A stretch of DNA of 64,000 bases from an uncultured Desulfobacteraceae bacterium (GCA_964459445.1 CAYWMP010000004.1:14469-78468), one strand, 5' to 3'. Counted from the first letter of the stretch, positions 30,506 to 39,805 are shown. Translations and numbers: made by a program. The notes: a model not told the origin generated them from the letters alone.

Positions 30506-30573
30506 GGAATGGACGACGCAGCATTCAATGATAAATGACTCATGACAGATGACAATAGTAAGGAGATGAAACC

Positions 30574-31074
30574 ATGCACCAGGCCAGGAATCTTGAAGCG
30601 ATAAATCCAGACCTCACCCCGGAGATCATGGCTAAGATAAATGACATCATCCGTGTCCATCGGGGCAAGCCGGGGAGCCTTATCCCGGTTTTAGAGGAGT
30701 GCCAGGGTATAACGGGTTATCTTCCGGTAGAGCTCCAGGAATACATCGCGGATGAGCTGAATATCCCAGGCAGCACCGTTTATGGCGTCGTCACCTTCTA
30801 CTCCTTTTTTTCAATGGTACCGAAAGGGCGACATACGATAAAGGTCTGTATGGGGACGGCCTGCTATGTGAGAGGAATCGGAGAGGTATTGAATCGCCTG
30901 CAAACGACCTATCACCTGGATGTCGGGGCCACGAGTGATGACCGGAGGTTCTCCCTTGAGGCCGTTCGGTGCCTCGGCGCCTGTGGCTTGGCCCCGGTAG
31001 TGGTGGTGGGTGAAGACACCCACGGTGGCGTAACGCCGGACAGCGTTTTAAAGATTCTGGAGAAATACGAATAA
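30574..31074 (+). CDS. NuoE/HndA-like thioredoxin-fold [2Fe-2S] subunit
   Basis: ..VCMGTACYVRG..CLGACGLAPVVVV. Confidence 0.85.
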   Translation: MHQARNLEAINPDLTPEIMAKINDIIRVHRGKPGSLIPVLEECQGITGYLPVELQEYIADELNIPGSTVYGVVTFYSFFSMVPKGRHTIKVCMGTACYVRGIGEVLNRLQTTYHLDVGATSDDRRFSLEAVRCLGACGLAPVVVVGEDTHGGVTPDSVLKILEKYE

Positions 31075-31125
31075 TTCGAATAATCCAAAATGGGGTGAGT
31101 TCCCCCATATCTATTAGGGATTGAA

Positions 31126-31485
31126 ATGAAATTATCCGAAATAAAAGAAGCACTCAAAGCAGAGATAGTTTTTGGCGATGACAGTCAGGAGATCGACATA
31201 GAACGCGGAGCGGCAAGTGATCTGATGAGCGATTTGCTAAGGGGACCTACAGACGGTGTTTTGGTTCTGTCGGGTCTCAACAATCTTCAGACCATTCGCA
31301 CTTCGGTTATCGCAGGTGTTGCTGCGGTTGTCTTTGTAAGAGGGAAACGGCCTGATGAAGATATGATTGCTCAAGCAAGAAAGCACGGGCTACCGCTTTT
31401 GTCTACGCCCTTTACAATGTTCACCGCCTGCGGCCGGGTGTTCGGCAAGGGTCTACGGGGCGTGGATCAAAAAAACTCCGGCTAA
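31126..31485 (+). CDS. DRTGG domain protein (1)
   Basis: LVLSGLNNLQTIRTSVIAGVAAVVFVRGKRPDEDMI..GLPLL resembles the DRTGG domain pattern. Confidence 0.6.
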   Translation: MKLSEIKEALKAEIVFGDDSQEIDIERGAASDLMSDLLRGPTDGVLVLSGLNNLQTIRTSVIAGVAAVVFVRGKRPDEDMIAQARKHGLPLLSTPFTMFTACGRVFGKGLRGVDQKNSG

Positions 31486-31546
31486 ATCCATACCCCTGTT
31501 TCACCGACAGACAAAAACATAAGGGCAAAACCGACGAGGCGTTGAT

Positions 31547-31981
31547 GTGCCCCATCTCTTAAAAAACTTTAATATTAAACCAAAGGATTTTATCAGGGCC
31601 GGGGAAGTGTCCCTTCAGGTACAGAGCGTCCTGAAGACGATTGGCTTTGAAGCGGATATCATCAGACGAGTTTCAGTATGCGCCTATGAAGCGGAAATGA
31701 ATGTGGTCATGCATGGTGGAAACGGCAATCTCTTTCTCATCGTGGATCCGGACTCGATCATCATGGAGGTGAAGGACGATGGTCCGGGCATCAAAGATAT
31801 CGACCTGGCTCTAAAGGAAGGCTGGTCTACAGCAGTACCTGAACAAAGGGAATTGGGTTTCGGGGCCGGCATGGGTCTCCCCAACATAAAAAAGAACGCC
31901 GATAAATTGGAAATTCAGTCCAATGAAGACGGGGGCACCCATCTAAAACTGCTATTCAAGGTGGATAATACCGGTGGCTAA
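31547..31981 (+). CDS. Histidine-kinase-like ATPase (RsbW/anti-sigma-type Ser kinase-like)
   Basis: EAEMNVVMHG (N box), DDGPGI (G1) and GFGAGMGLPNI (G2). Confidence 0.65.
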   Translation: MPHLLKNFNIKPKDFIRAGEVSLQVQSVLKTIGFEADIIRRVSVCAYEAEMNVVMHGGNGNLFLIVDPDSIIMEVKDDGPGIKDIDLALKEGWSTAVPEQRELGFGAGMGLPNIKKNADKLEIQSNEDGGTHLKLLFKVDNTGG

Positions 31982-33269
31982 AGGTTCCAAGAAAGGCAAA
32001 ACACCCCATTACGTTAAAATTAATGAAGAGCTATGCAATGGCTGTGTATTGTGCATGAAGGTGTGTCCCGCGAAGGCGATTCGCGTAAAGGCCAATGAGC
32101 TTGCGCGCATTGAAGGAGAATGCATCGATTGCGGGGAATGCATCAAGGCCTGTCCCAGAGGCGCGATCAAGGCCGTTACAACGGTTGATTCCGGCAGATT
32201 AGACAAGTCCAAGGCCATCGTCGGGGTCTCCCCTGTCCTTTTCACTCAATTCGGGGAAGATGTTACCCCGGATGACGTTATATCGGCGCTCAAGCGTTTG
32301 GGATTCTTGGATGTCTATGATCAAAGCGATGCCCTTGAGATGTTTAACATGGCGGTCGGTCTCTATATCGAGGAGAGCAAAAATAAACCGGCCGCGCCCA
32401 GGCCCCTCATTTCGCCGGTCTGCCCGGTCGTCACGAGGCTCATTGCCCAGCGTTTCCCGTCACTATTGAGTCATATACCCCCTCTTTTGACTCCTCGTGA
32501 ATTGGCTGCAAGGGAAGCCAAGCGGCGGGCGATCCAGGAATATGGACTAAAGGAGAACGAGCTTAAGGTGTACCATATCACGCCATGCTCGGCAAAAATG
32601 ATTGCCATTAAGAACCCCATACTGGTGGATCAGTCTTATCTGGACGGCGCCATAGGTATTAAAGATATATACGAACCGCTTTTGGGAGAGCTCAAGTCCA
32701 TGAATCTTTCCAAGAGATCAAATCATCCCATCAGGGCGATCATCGGATGGGCCAGATCAGGTGGCGAAATCGCCGGTATGGAGGGCGGCAACTTCTTGGG
32801 GGTATCGGGTATGCAAGAGACCATACGATACCTTGAAAAGATCGAAATGGGATTGCTTGATGATATTGATTACGTCGAGTTCAGGGTCACTCCTGAAGGA
32901 TGCATCGGCGGCGCCTTGACGGTTACGGACAAATACCAGGCAAAGCACACCATATCGAGGTTGACTCAGAAATATGGTTTGGAGAAGAAGGTCAAAACGG
33001 ATTACGTAAAAGAACAGTACGATAAGGGCTGGTTCTTCTTCCAGGGTGGGGTGAAGATGCCGCCAAAGAGTTCAGATATATCGCTATCTGAGGCCATCGA
33101 AAGGCAGCTGAAGGTCGAAGAAGTCAAGGAAATGCTGCCTGGAAAGGAATGCGGAATCTGCGGATGCCCGGACTGCCAGACCTTTGCCGAAGATGTCGCA
33201 GACGGCAGAGTGTTCGTGGAGCAGTGCATACTCCTGGATCGTGAAAAGGGGAAAGGAGAAAACAAGTGA
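31974..33269 (+). CDS. [FeFe]-hydrogenase-like Fe-S protein with degenerate H-cluster motifs and a C-terminal CGxCGxxxC domain (putative sensor)
   Basis: CNGCVLCMKVCP and CIDCGECIKACP. H-domain motif equivalents: SPVCPVV (versus TSCCP), TPCSAKM (versus MPCxxK), EFRVTPEGCIGG (versus ExMxCxxGCxxGG). C-terminal CGICGCPDCQ. Confidence 0.6.
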   Translation: MAKGSKKGKTPHYVKINEELCNGCVLCMKVCPAKAIRVKANELARIEGECIDCGECIKACPRGAIKAVTTVDSGRLDKSKAIVGVSPVLFTQFGEDVTPDDVISALKRLGFLDVYDQSDALEMFNMAVGLYIEESKNKPAAPRPLISPVCPVVTRLIAQRFPSLLSHIPPLLTPRELAAREAKRRAIQEYGLKENELKVYHITPCSAKMIAIKNPILVDQSYLDGAIGIKDIYEPLLGELKSMNLSKRSNHPIRAIIGWARSGGEIAGMEGGNFLGVSGMQETIRYLEKIEMGLLDDIDYVEFRVTPEGCIGGALTVTDKYQAKHTISRLTQKYGLEKKVKTDYVKEQYDKGWFFFQGGVKMPPKSSDISLSEAIERQLKVEEVKEMLPGKECGICGCPDCQTFAEDVADGRVFVEQCILLDREKGKGENK

Positions 33270-33613
33270 AGTTGGATGATGTGAGGAACGCCCTCAATCT
33301 CGAAGTGGCGGCCGGTGACAAATATCTTGATCGGGAAATAACCGGAGGCTATTGCGGGGATCTCCTGAGTGATGTGATGGCGAATTCACCGGACGGCGCC
33401 CTCTGGATGACAATCCAATCGCATCAGAACATTGTGGCCGTTTCAGTGCTGAGAGAGCATGGCGCCATTGTCCTAGTGAATGGGCGGGTTCCCGACGATG
33501 ATACAAAGGCCAAGGCTGAGGAAGAAGGCATTCCCATACTGCTTTCTCCCTTGTCGGGCTATGAACTGGCGGGGCGGCTCTATGAAATGGGGATTGGCAA
33601 GACGAAAGAGTGA
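33266..33613 (+). CDS. DRTGG domain protein (2)
   Basis: Paralog of 31126-31485: CGDLLSDVM..WMTIQSHQNIVAVSVLREHGAIVLVNGRVPDDD..GIPIL. Confidence 0.6.
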   Translation: MKLDDVRNALNLEVAAGDKYLDREITGGYCGDLLSDVMANSPDGALWMTIQSHQNIVAVSVLREHGAIVLVNGRVPDDDTKAKAEEEGIPILLSPLSGYELAGRLYEMGIGKTKE

Positions 33614-34344
33614 GACAATTTAAGGCCGATTTGCATATTCATTCCTGTCTGTCGCCCTGTGCGGATCTTGATATGAGCCCGAGGGCCATTGTAGAAAAGA
33701 GCCTGGAAATGGGAATGGATATCATCGCTGTTTGTGATCACAATTCCGCCGAAAACGTGGGTGCGACCATAAGGGCGGGTGTTCAGAACGGGCTGTTCGT
33801 ATTGCCGGGCATTGAAATCAATAGCAAAGAGGAAGTCCACACCCTAGCGATTTTTGAGAACGAAAAGCAGGCCTTGTCCATGCAAGACATCATTTATCGC
33901 CACCTCAAAGGCATCAATAGGCCGGAAATTTTTGGGGAGCAGGTGGTCGCTAATGAGTTTGATGAGGTCGAAGGGTTTAATGATCGGATGTTGATCGGAT
34001 CATCGCAACTGGGGTTGCAGGAGGTCGTCAAGGAGGTTCGGCGTCTTGGGGGCCTGAGCATCGCATGCCACGTGGACCGTCCGAGTTTTAGTATTGTGAC
34101 GCAATTGGGATTTATCCCTCCGGACTTGGGGCTGGACGCCCTTGAAGTCTCTCGATCTGAAAAATTAGAGAGAATTCGTGAAGAGGTGCCTGAAGCAAAC
34201 AACCTTGCCATGATAGTCTCTTCAGACGCGCATTTTCTCGATGACCTTGGGCGCCAATTTACAACCTTTGCCATAGAAAGCCCCAGTTGGGACGAGATGC
34301 GCAAGGCCTTTAGGTCGGAATCGGGAAGGAAGGTTAGAATTTAG
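33610..34344 (+). CDS. PHP-domain phosphoesterase
   Basis: ADLHIHSCLSPCA..IIAVCDHNS..SSDAH metal-binding pattern. Confidence 0.7.
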   Translation: MRQFKADLHIHSCLSPCADLDMSPRAIVEKSLEMGMDIIAVCDHNSAENVGATIRAGVQNGLFVLPGIEINSKEEVHTLAIFENEKQALSMQDIIYRHLKGINRPEIFGEQVVANEFDEVEGFNDRMLIGSSQLGLQEVVKEVRRLGGLSIACHVDRPSFSIVTQLGFIPPDLGLDALEVSRSEKLERIREEVPEANNLAMIVSSDAHFLDDLGRQFTTFAIESPSWDEMRKAFRSESGRKVRI

Positions 34345-34360
34345 GGGCTTCGCCCCAATT

Positions 34361-34510
34361 GGAATGTTGGATGACTGGAATGATGGAAAAATGGGTTCAG
34401 GGAAAATGGGCAAATAGGTAGCTGGTTGAATTACTATGGATAAGGAAGTCATAAGCATTAAAAAGGGCATACTTCCTTAAAAAACCATCATTCCATTATT
34501 CCACCATTCC
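34361..34510. repeat. Stutter-word hairpin (ggaatg/cattcc words) inside the fdh-nuoF operon
   Basis: 34361-34386 pairs with 34485-34510 (22 of 26 positions; a perfect 10-bp core at 34377-34386/34485-34494). Inner 8-bp hairpin at 34442-34449/34471-34478. Confidence 0.7.
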
Positions 34511-34594
34511 ATAATTCCATGTTTGAGGCAAAAACACTTGGCCTCGTTAATTGCTTATAAGTTCAAAAAGTTGCAGAAATAGCGAGACGGTTAA

Positions 34595-35170
34595 TTGAGG
34601 GAAGTATCCCTTCACATAATGGACATCATCGAGAACGGCATCAATGCAGGGGCAACACTTATCCATTTGACCGTTATCGAAACCAGGAAAAATAACCGGT
34701 TATATGTGACCATAAAAGATGACGGGCAGGGGCTTTCGGACGAAAAACTTCAGGAGGTCATGGATCCTTTTTATACAACGCGTACAACACGGCGTGTCGG
34801 ACTCGGGCTTTCTTTATTTCGGGAAACGAGCAGACGATGTGAAGGAACCTTTGATATCAAATCCAGGGAAGGGGAGGGGACCGAAGTCTTCGTGTCATTT
34901 CAACTCGACCACATTGATCTTCCGCCTCTTGGCGATATGGCTGGATCAATGGTTAGTCTTATCGTGGGGAATCCGGAGGTGGATTTCGTCTACACCCATG
35001 AGGTGGAGGAAGATACCTTTGATTTGGATACGAGAGATGTAAAAGGCGAACTCGATGAAGTGCCGATAACCCATCCGGAAGTCATAAAGTACTTAACCGA
35101 GACAACGCGTGAGTCTTTGAAAAAAATTGGGGCAGGGAATTTCGCAGCGTCTATTAACAGCCCAAAATAG
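34595..35170 (+). CDS. Histidine-kinase-like ATPase domain protein (2)
   Basis: IIENGINAGA, DDGQGL and TRRVGLGLSLF. Start is uncertain (TTG 34595 or ATG 34619). Confidence 0.6.
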   Translation: MREVSLHIMDIIENGINAGATLIHLTVIETRKNNRLYVTIKDDGQGLSDEKLQEVMDPFYTTRTTRRVGLGLSLFRETSRRCEGTFDIKSREGEGTEVFVSFQLDHIDLPPLGDMAGSMVSLIVGNPEVDFVYTHEVEEDTFDLDTRDVKGELDEVPITHPEVIKYLTETTRESLKKIGAGNFAASINSPK

Positions 35171-35215
35171 AAACTCGGGTTTGCCCGCTTTTGGCAGGGA
35201 CAAGGAGGAAGTCGG

Positions 35216-35587
35216 ATGGCTAAACTGACAATTGGCGATCTTAAAAAAATCAAGGAAAACGCACAAAAGGCAACAGCCCTAAGAGAGGGCGAGGCTACGG
35301 TCAAAATTACGGTCCACATGGGAACCTGCGGCATAGCGGCAGGGGGAAGAGAGGTGATGGATGTCCTATTGGAAGAGCTGGCGGAGTCGGAACGCCAGGA
35401 TATCAGGGTTGTCACCTCCGGGTGTATGGGCATGTGCAGCAGCGAGCCAAACGTCACCGTGGAAATCAAAGACCATGCGCCGGTCATCTATCAACTTATG
35501 GACAAAAACAAGATGCGACAGGTGTTCAAACGACATGTCATGATTGGAGAGGTCCAGAGCGATTTTGCCCTGGCCAGAATGACCTAG
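35216..35587 (+). CDS. Thioredoxin-like [2Fe-2S] ferredoxin (HndB-like)
   Basis: VHMGTCGIAAGG..SGCMGMCSSEPNV. Confidence 0.75.
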   Translation: MAKLTIGDLKKIKENAQKATALREGEATVKITVHMGTCGIAAGGREVMDVLLEELAESERQDIRVVTSGCMGMCSSEPNVTVEIKDHAPVIYQLMDKNKMRQVFKRHVMIGEVQSDFALARMT

Positions 35588-35714
35588 AACCGGTTTCAGA
35601 AAAGAATTTGACCGGATAACAGGATAGACCAAATATGGGGACCCATGGGTCTGGTTCTTAATGTTGGAGAGAGAAAGGTCGAATTCAAACGTAAGGGCAG
35701 GGATCGGTTCTAAG

Positions 35715-35754
35715 CGATCAACAGGATAAAAAAATCAAATCAATCCTGTTATCG
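35715..35754 (+). repeat. Hairpin in the hndB-like/nuoF spacer (aacaggat word)
   Basis: cgat(c)aacaggat-N15-atcctgttatcg: 12 bp with one bulge. The word aacaggat also occurs near 35620. Confidence 0.6.
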
Positions 35755-35826
35755 TGTCGAAAAATATCTGAACTGTTATGGATATGCAGCATTGAAAGAC
35801 TGGCGGAGGAATGAGGAGGCCATAGA

Positions 35827-37614
35827 ATGAGCACGTTCCGAACTGATTTGCTTATTTGCGGAGGGACAGGTTGTCACGCGTCGGGAAGTCAAGGGGTAAA
35901 GGAATCCCTTGAAAAGGAGCTTGTCCAACGGGATCTCCAACGTGAGATTCGGGTGGTTGAAACCGGTTGCAATGGTTTTTGCGCACAGGGACCCATCATG
36001 ATCGTCCAACCCGAAGGCATCTTCTATCAAAAACTCAAACCAAAAGACATTCCACATTTGGTTGAAGAGCATTTTCTTAAGGGACGACCGGTGAAGAAGC
36101 TTTTCTATAAGGAACCGGCTTCAGCGGAGAGCATCCCGGGAATGGATGATATACCCTTCTATGCCAAACAGCAGTTGATCGTGTTGAAAAATAGGGGAGT
36201 GATTGATCCGGAGAGTATTGACGAGTATATCGGTCGGGACGGTTATATGGGATTGGGCAAGGCACTCCTGGAAATGAAACCGCAGGAGATCATTGAAGAG
36301 ATGAAAAAATCCGGTCTTCGAGGCCGGGGAGGCGCCGGATTCCCGACAGGCCTGAAGTGGGAATTCGCCAGCAAGGCGACCGGAGATATGAAATACGTGC
36401 TTTGCAATGCCGATGAAGGAGATCCGGGGGCGTTCATGGATAGAAGCGTCCTTGAAGCGGATCCCCACGCCGTGCTTGAAGGGATGGTCATCGCCGCAAG
36501 GGCCATCGGCGCCAAGCAGGGCTATATCTACTGCAGGGCCGAATATCCATTGGCCCTGAGAAGACTCGATATTGCGATTGACAAGGCCAGGGAATACGGG
36601 CTCTTGGGCGAAGATATCCTAGGCAGTGGTTTTGATTTCGATCTGGAAGTATATCAGGGGGCGGGCGCATTTGTATGCGGCGAGGAAACGGCCCTCATTC
36701 ACTCCATCGAAGGAAAACGGGGCATGCCCCGGCCGAGACCGCCATTTCCGGCACAACAGGGCCTCTGGAAAAAACCGACGGTACTGAACAACGTGGAAAC
36801 CTACGCCAATGTCGCCCAGATCATGATAAACGGGGGCGACTGGTACGGGAGCATAGGAACGGAATCGAGCAAGGGCACAAAAGTATTTGCACTCACAGGG
36901 GCCGTAAACAACATCGGTCTTGTGGAAGTGCCCATGGGAACCACCCTCAGGACCATCATCTATGATGTAGGAGGCGGTGTTCCCAATAAGCGAAAATTCA
37001 AGGCTGTCCAATTGGGCGGTCCCTCAGGGGGATGTGTGCCAGAGCAATTTCTGGATACGCCCATCGATTATGAGTCCATAGCCAAGGTGGGGGCCATCAT
37101 GGGATCGGGGGGTATGATTGTCATGGACGATCGCACCTGCATGGTGGATATGGCGCGTTTCTTCATGGATTTCATCCAGGACGAATCCTGCGGCAAATGC
37201 ACGCCGTGCCGGGAAGGGACGGGACGCATGCTCGAGCTCGTTGAGAAGATCACTCGCGGCGAAGGAGAGCCGGAAGACATCGAAAGCCTAGAGGCGTTAA
37301 GCGATGTTATCAGCGATGCCGCCCTATGCGCCCTGGGCGGAACCGGGCCAAATCCGGTCCTATCCACCCTGCGCTATTTTAAGGATGAATACATGGCCCA
37401 CATCCATGAAAAAAGATGCCCTGCCAAACGCTGCCCATCCCTGCTTGATTTTGTGGTAGGCGAGGACAGGTGCAAAAAGTGCGGCCTGTGCTATAAAGCC
37501 TGTCCCGTGGAGGCTATCCAATGGCAAAAGAAAGAGACGGCTTACATAGACAAAAATAAATGCATCAAGTGCCTGAGTTGTTTCTCAACCTGTCCCTTTG
37601 ATGCGATCGATTAA
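35827..37614 (+). CDS. NuoF/HndC-like NAD(P)H-binding FMN flavoprotein with N-terminal [2Fe-2S] and C-terminal 2x[4Fe-4S]
   Basis: GRGGAGFPTGLKW, CNADEGDPGAF, ESCGKCTPCREG, CKKCGLCYKACP and CIKCLSCFSTCP. Confidence 0.9.
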   Translation: MSTFRTDLLICGGTGCHASGSQGVKESLEKELVQRDLQREIRVVETGCNGFCAQGPIMIVQPEGIFYQKLKPKDIPHLVEEHFLKGRPVKKLFYKEPASAESIPGMDDIPFYAKQQLIVLKNRGVIDPESIDEYIGRDGYMGLGKALLEMKPQEIIEEMKKSGLRGRGGAGFPTGLKWEFASKATGDMKYVLCNADEGDPGAFMDRSVLEADPHAVLEGMVIAARAIGAKQGYIYCRAEYPLALRRLDIAIDKAREYGLLGEDILGSGFDFDLEVYQGAGAFVCGEETALIHSIEGKRGMPRPRPPFPAQQGLWKKPTVLNNVETYANVAQIMINGGDWYGSIGTESSKGTKVFALTGAVNNIGLVEVPMGTTLRTIIYDVGGGVPNKRKFKAVQLGGPSGGCVPEQFLDTPIDYESIAKVGAIMGSGGMIVMDDRTCMVDMARFFMDFIQDESCGKCTPCREGTGRMLELVEKITRGEGEPEDIESLEALSDVISDAALCALGGTGPNPVLSTLRYFKDEYMAHIHEKRCPAKRCPSLLDFVVGEDRCKKCGLCYKACPVEAIQWQKKETAYIDKNKCIKCLSCFSTCPFDAID

Positions 37615-37723
37615 CAGACCGTCGAAAAATGTCCACTTTTTTGCTAAGGCGGGATATTTGGAGGAGTATAGGGTTGGTGTAAGGCTCAGCGTATAAGGCG
37701 CGAGGCGTATTCCTCTGTATTCG

Positions 37724-37752
37724 TTGACAATCATTTGAAATCAATATAGAAA
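37724..37752 (+). promoter_or_regulatory. Candidate sigma70 promoter upstream of the FecR-domain gene
   Basis: Perfect TTGACA at 37724-37729, then TATAGA/TAGAAA 15-17 nt downstream. Confidence 0.35.
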
Positions 37753-37826
37753 CCAGGCACCCGTAAATGGTTATAGTCCCTGTGATTGGAGCCTCAAAGC
37801 GGATCAAAATCGTCGGATGAATCGAA

Positions 37827-39779
37827 ATGTTTAAAAATGCTCTTGCATACATAACTCTATTCCTCTGTTTCTTTCTCCTTGTGATTCCGGGCACCCTATT
37901 GGCCCAAGCAAACCGAGGGGTGGCCGTGCCTGTTAAAGACCTTCCTGATGAACTAAAGAATCTCGATATTAAAGATCATTTTATGCCTTCCACTCTCAAA
38001 AGAGTCGGTGTTATCCATGCCCTTAACGGCCGGGTTGTCGTCATCCACAGGATCTCAAAACAAGCCTATTTCGGAATGGCGGGAGACGCTATTTATGAAA
38101 ACGACGCCATCACAACACTTCGAAATTCCAAGTGCCGAATCCGATTCGCAGATGAAGACGTCGTCACCCTGGCCTCTCAAACCAATCTCAATGTGGAAGA
38201 ATTTCGAGATCAGAGGGGGGAAGGGAAAAAGACCTCTCTATTGAGCATGGCAAAGGGCAAGGCCATGTTTTACGCCCTCCGGCTGTTCAGCTATAAGGAG
38301 ACTCGATTCAGGGTCAGGACCCCCACGACCGTTGTTGGTGTAAGGGGAACCAAATTCGGTACACATGTCTATTGGATAGAAGGGGATCAGGCCACTCGTA
38401 ATAATCTGAAGGTCGCCGATCTCGGAAAAGGATTGGGACATTATCTGACCCAGGTCAGCCCCGAAGCCCAAGGAAAGAGCTATACGGATGCCTTCTCAGA
38501 GGACGGCTTCCTGGATGTGGAGGGCAAAGTCGTCGGTCCGGGAGAGATTTATCGGGGTGATACAGGACAGATTACACTCACACCTCCTGAATATATCAGC
38601 GCCTTCGAAGAGGAGACCGAGGTAAAGAAAGAAGAAGAAAAGGTCGGCGAAGAGGAAGCCAAGGAAGAAGAAAAAGAGGCCGAAAAAGAAGCTGAGAAAG
38701 AAGGGGAGGGCGAGGAAGCCGACGATGAAACCACGGAAGAAGTAGCTACTGATGATACTGGGGAAACCACTACTACGGATATCGCCGATATAAGCGAAAA
38801 TCTATCGGACACGACGCAACAGGAAATCGCGACAACGACCGAAACTGAAAACGTTGCGGCTGCCGCAACGGGATCTCAGGCAGTTGTAGGGGGCGGAATC
38901 CTTGCAGTGGGCAAGACTGCGGGAGAGGTAAGCGCCATTGCTACAATCATATTGTTGAATAGCGCAACCGGGGAGGCCAAGAAAAACACATCTCCCGCCA
39001 AGGATCCCATATATATTTCCGAAGATCATAACCACCTCATAGGAGGTGCGGAAACCCATATTGCCTATGAAGTTGGACATCAGAACGATCCGAATTTCAT
39101 CATGAAAGTCCAGGAGGAATCCGCCGCGAGTATGGATGCCAAGGTGACGGATGTCCGCTGGGGAAGTCCATCCAACCAGGCCATTGGTTCGCCCCATTCC
39201 TTTACATGGACCCAGGCCGGGCAATATACTGATGCAAATGGAAGTGAATACCTTCGTTGGGGATTTTGGGAAGACCTTAACGCCAACCCAGGGCTCATCG
39301 GAAATGACGGAAATGATTTCTATGCCGCCACCGCGAAGATTTGGGAGGTGGAAGGGGACCTCACGCATCCGGATATCATTTCAGCTCTACAACAACAGGG
39401 AACGGTGTATACCTATAAGGGAGAGGCCAAAGGCGTTTATGCCGACAGTTCTGCCGCTGACACCGCGAATTTGACCGGCGATTTTTCCTGTTCGGTAGAC
39501 TTTGGGAATACCCAAGTCTCAGACTTTACAATTGACGTAGACGATGGGGCGGGCGGCCATGCAGTCAACCTATCAGGGGGCAGCGGAAGTCTTAATTCAG
39601 AAGGGGGTTTCAATATAGACAACTTCAGTGGAACGATCAATGGATCAACCATCCCATCCGGCGATAGCCTAGCCAGCGGAGGATTGGTAGGCGGTAAGGC
39701 TGAGGGTGTGGGCGGCGTGTGGGCAGCCCATGATGGCAATGATAAGTGGGCAACCGGTGAATTCCACGGAAAGAGATAA
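37827..39779 (+). CDS. Secreted FecR-domain protein with an acidic E/K-rich linker and a C-terminal TbpB-like beta-barrel domain
   Basis: Signal peptide ..LLAQA. FecR pattern DAIYENDAITT..IRFADEDVVTL..FRVRTPTTVVGVRGTKF. EEEKVGEEEAKEEEKEAEKEAEKE linker. C-terminal GGLVGGKAEGVGGVWAA....ATGEFHGKR. Confidence 0.6.
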   Translation: MFKNALAYITLFLCFFLLVIPGTLLAQANRGVAVPVKDLPDELKNLDIKDHFMPSTLKRVGVIHALNGRVVVIHRISKQAYFGMAGDAIYENDAITTLRNSKCRIRFADEDVVTLASQTNLNVEEFRDQRGEGKKTSLLSMAKGKAMFYALRLFSYKETRFRVRTPTTVVGVRGTKFGTHVYWIEGDQATRNNLKVADLGKGLGHYLTQVSPEAQGKSYTDAFSEDGFLDVEGKVVGPGEIYRGDTGQITLTPPEYISAFEEETEVKKEEEKVGEEEAKEEEKEAEKEAEKEGEGEEADDETTEEVATDDTGETTTTDIADISENLSDTTQQEIATTTETENVAAAATGSQAVVGGGILAVGKTAGEVSAIATIILLNSATGEAKKNTSPAKDPIYISEDHNHLIGGAETHIAYEVGHQNDPNFIMKVQEESAASMDAKVTDVRWGSPSNQAIGSPHSFTWTQAGQYTDANGSEYLRWGFWEDLNANPGLIGNDGNDFYAATAKIWEVEGDLTHPDIISALQQQGTVYTYKGEAKGVYADSSAADTANLTGDFSCSVDFGNTQVSDFTIDVDDGAGGHAVNLSGGSGSLNSEGGFNIDNFSGTINGSTIPSGDSLASGGLVGGKAEGVGGVWAAHDGNDKWATGEFHGKR

Positions 39780-39805
39780 AAGACGGTCAAAAAAGGGTAA
39801 TAGGT

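Noticed and set aside
38610-38790. Periodic gaagaa/aaagaa-rich DNA resembling a tandem repeat or array.
   Set aside because: It is in frame within the FecR-domain gene and encodes an E/K/T/D acidic linker. There is no spacer-repeat organisation, so it is not CRISPR or satellite DNA.
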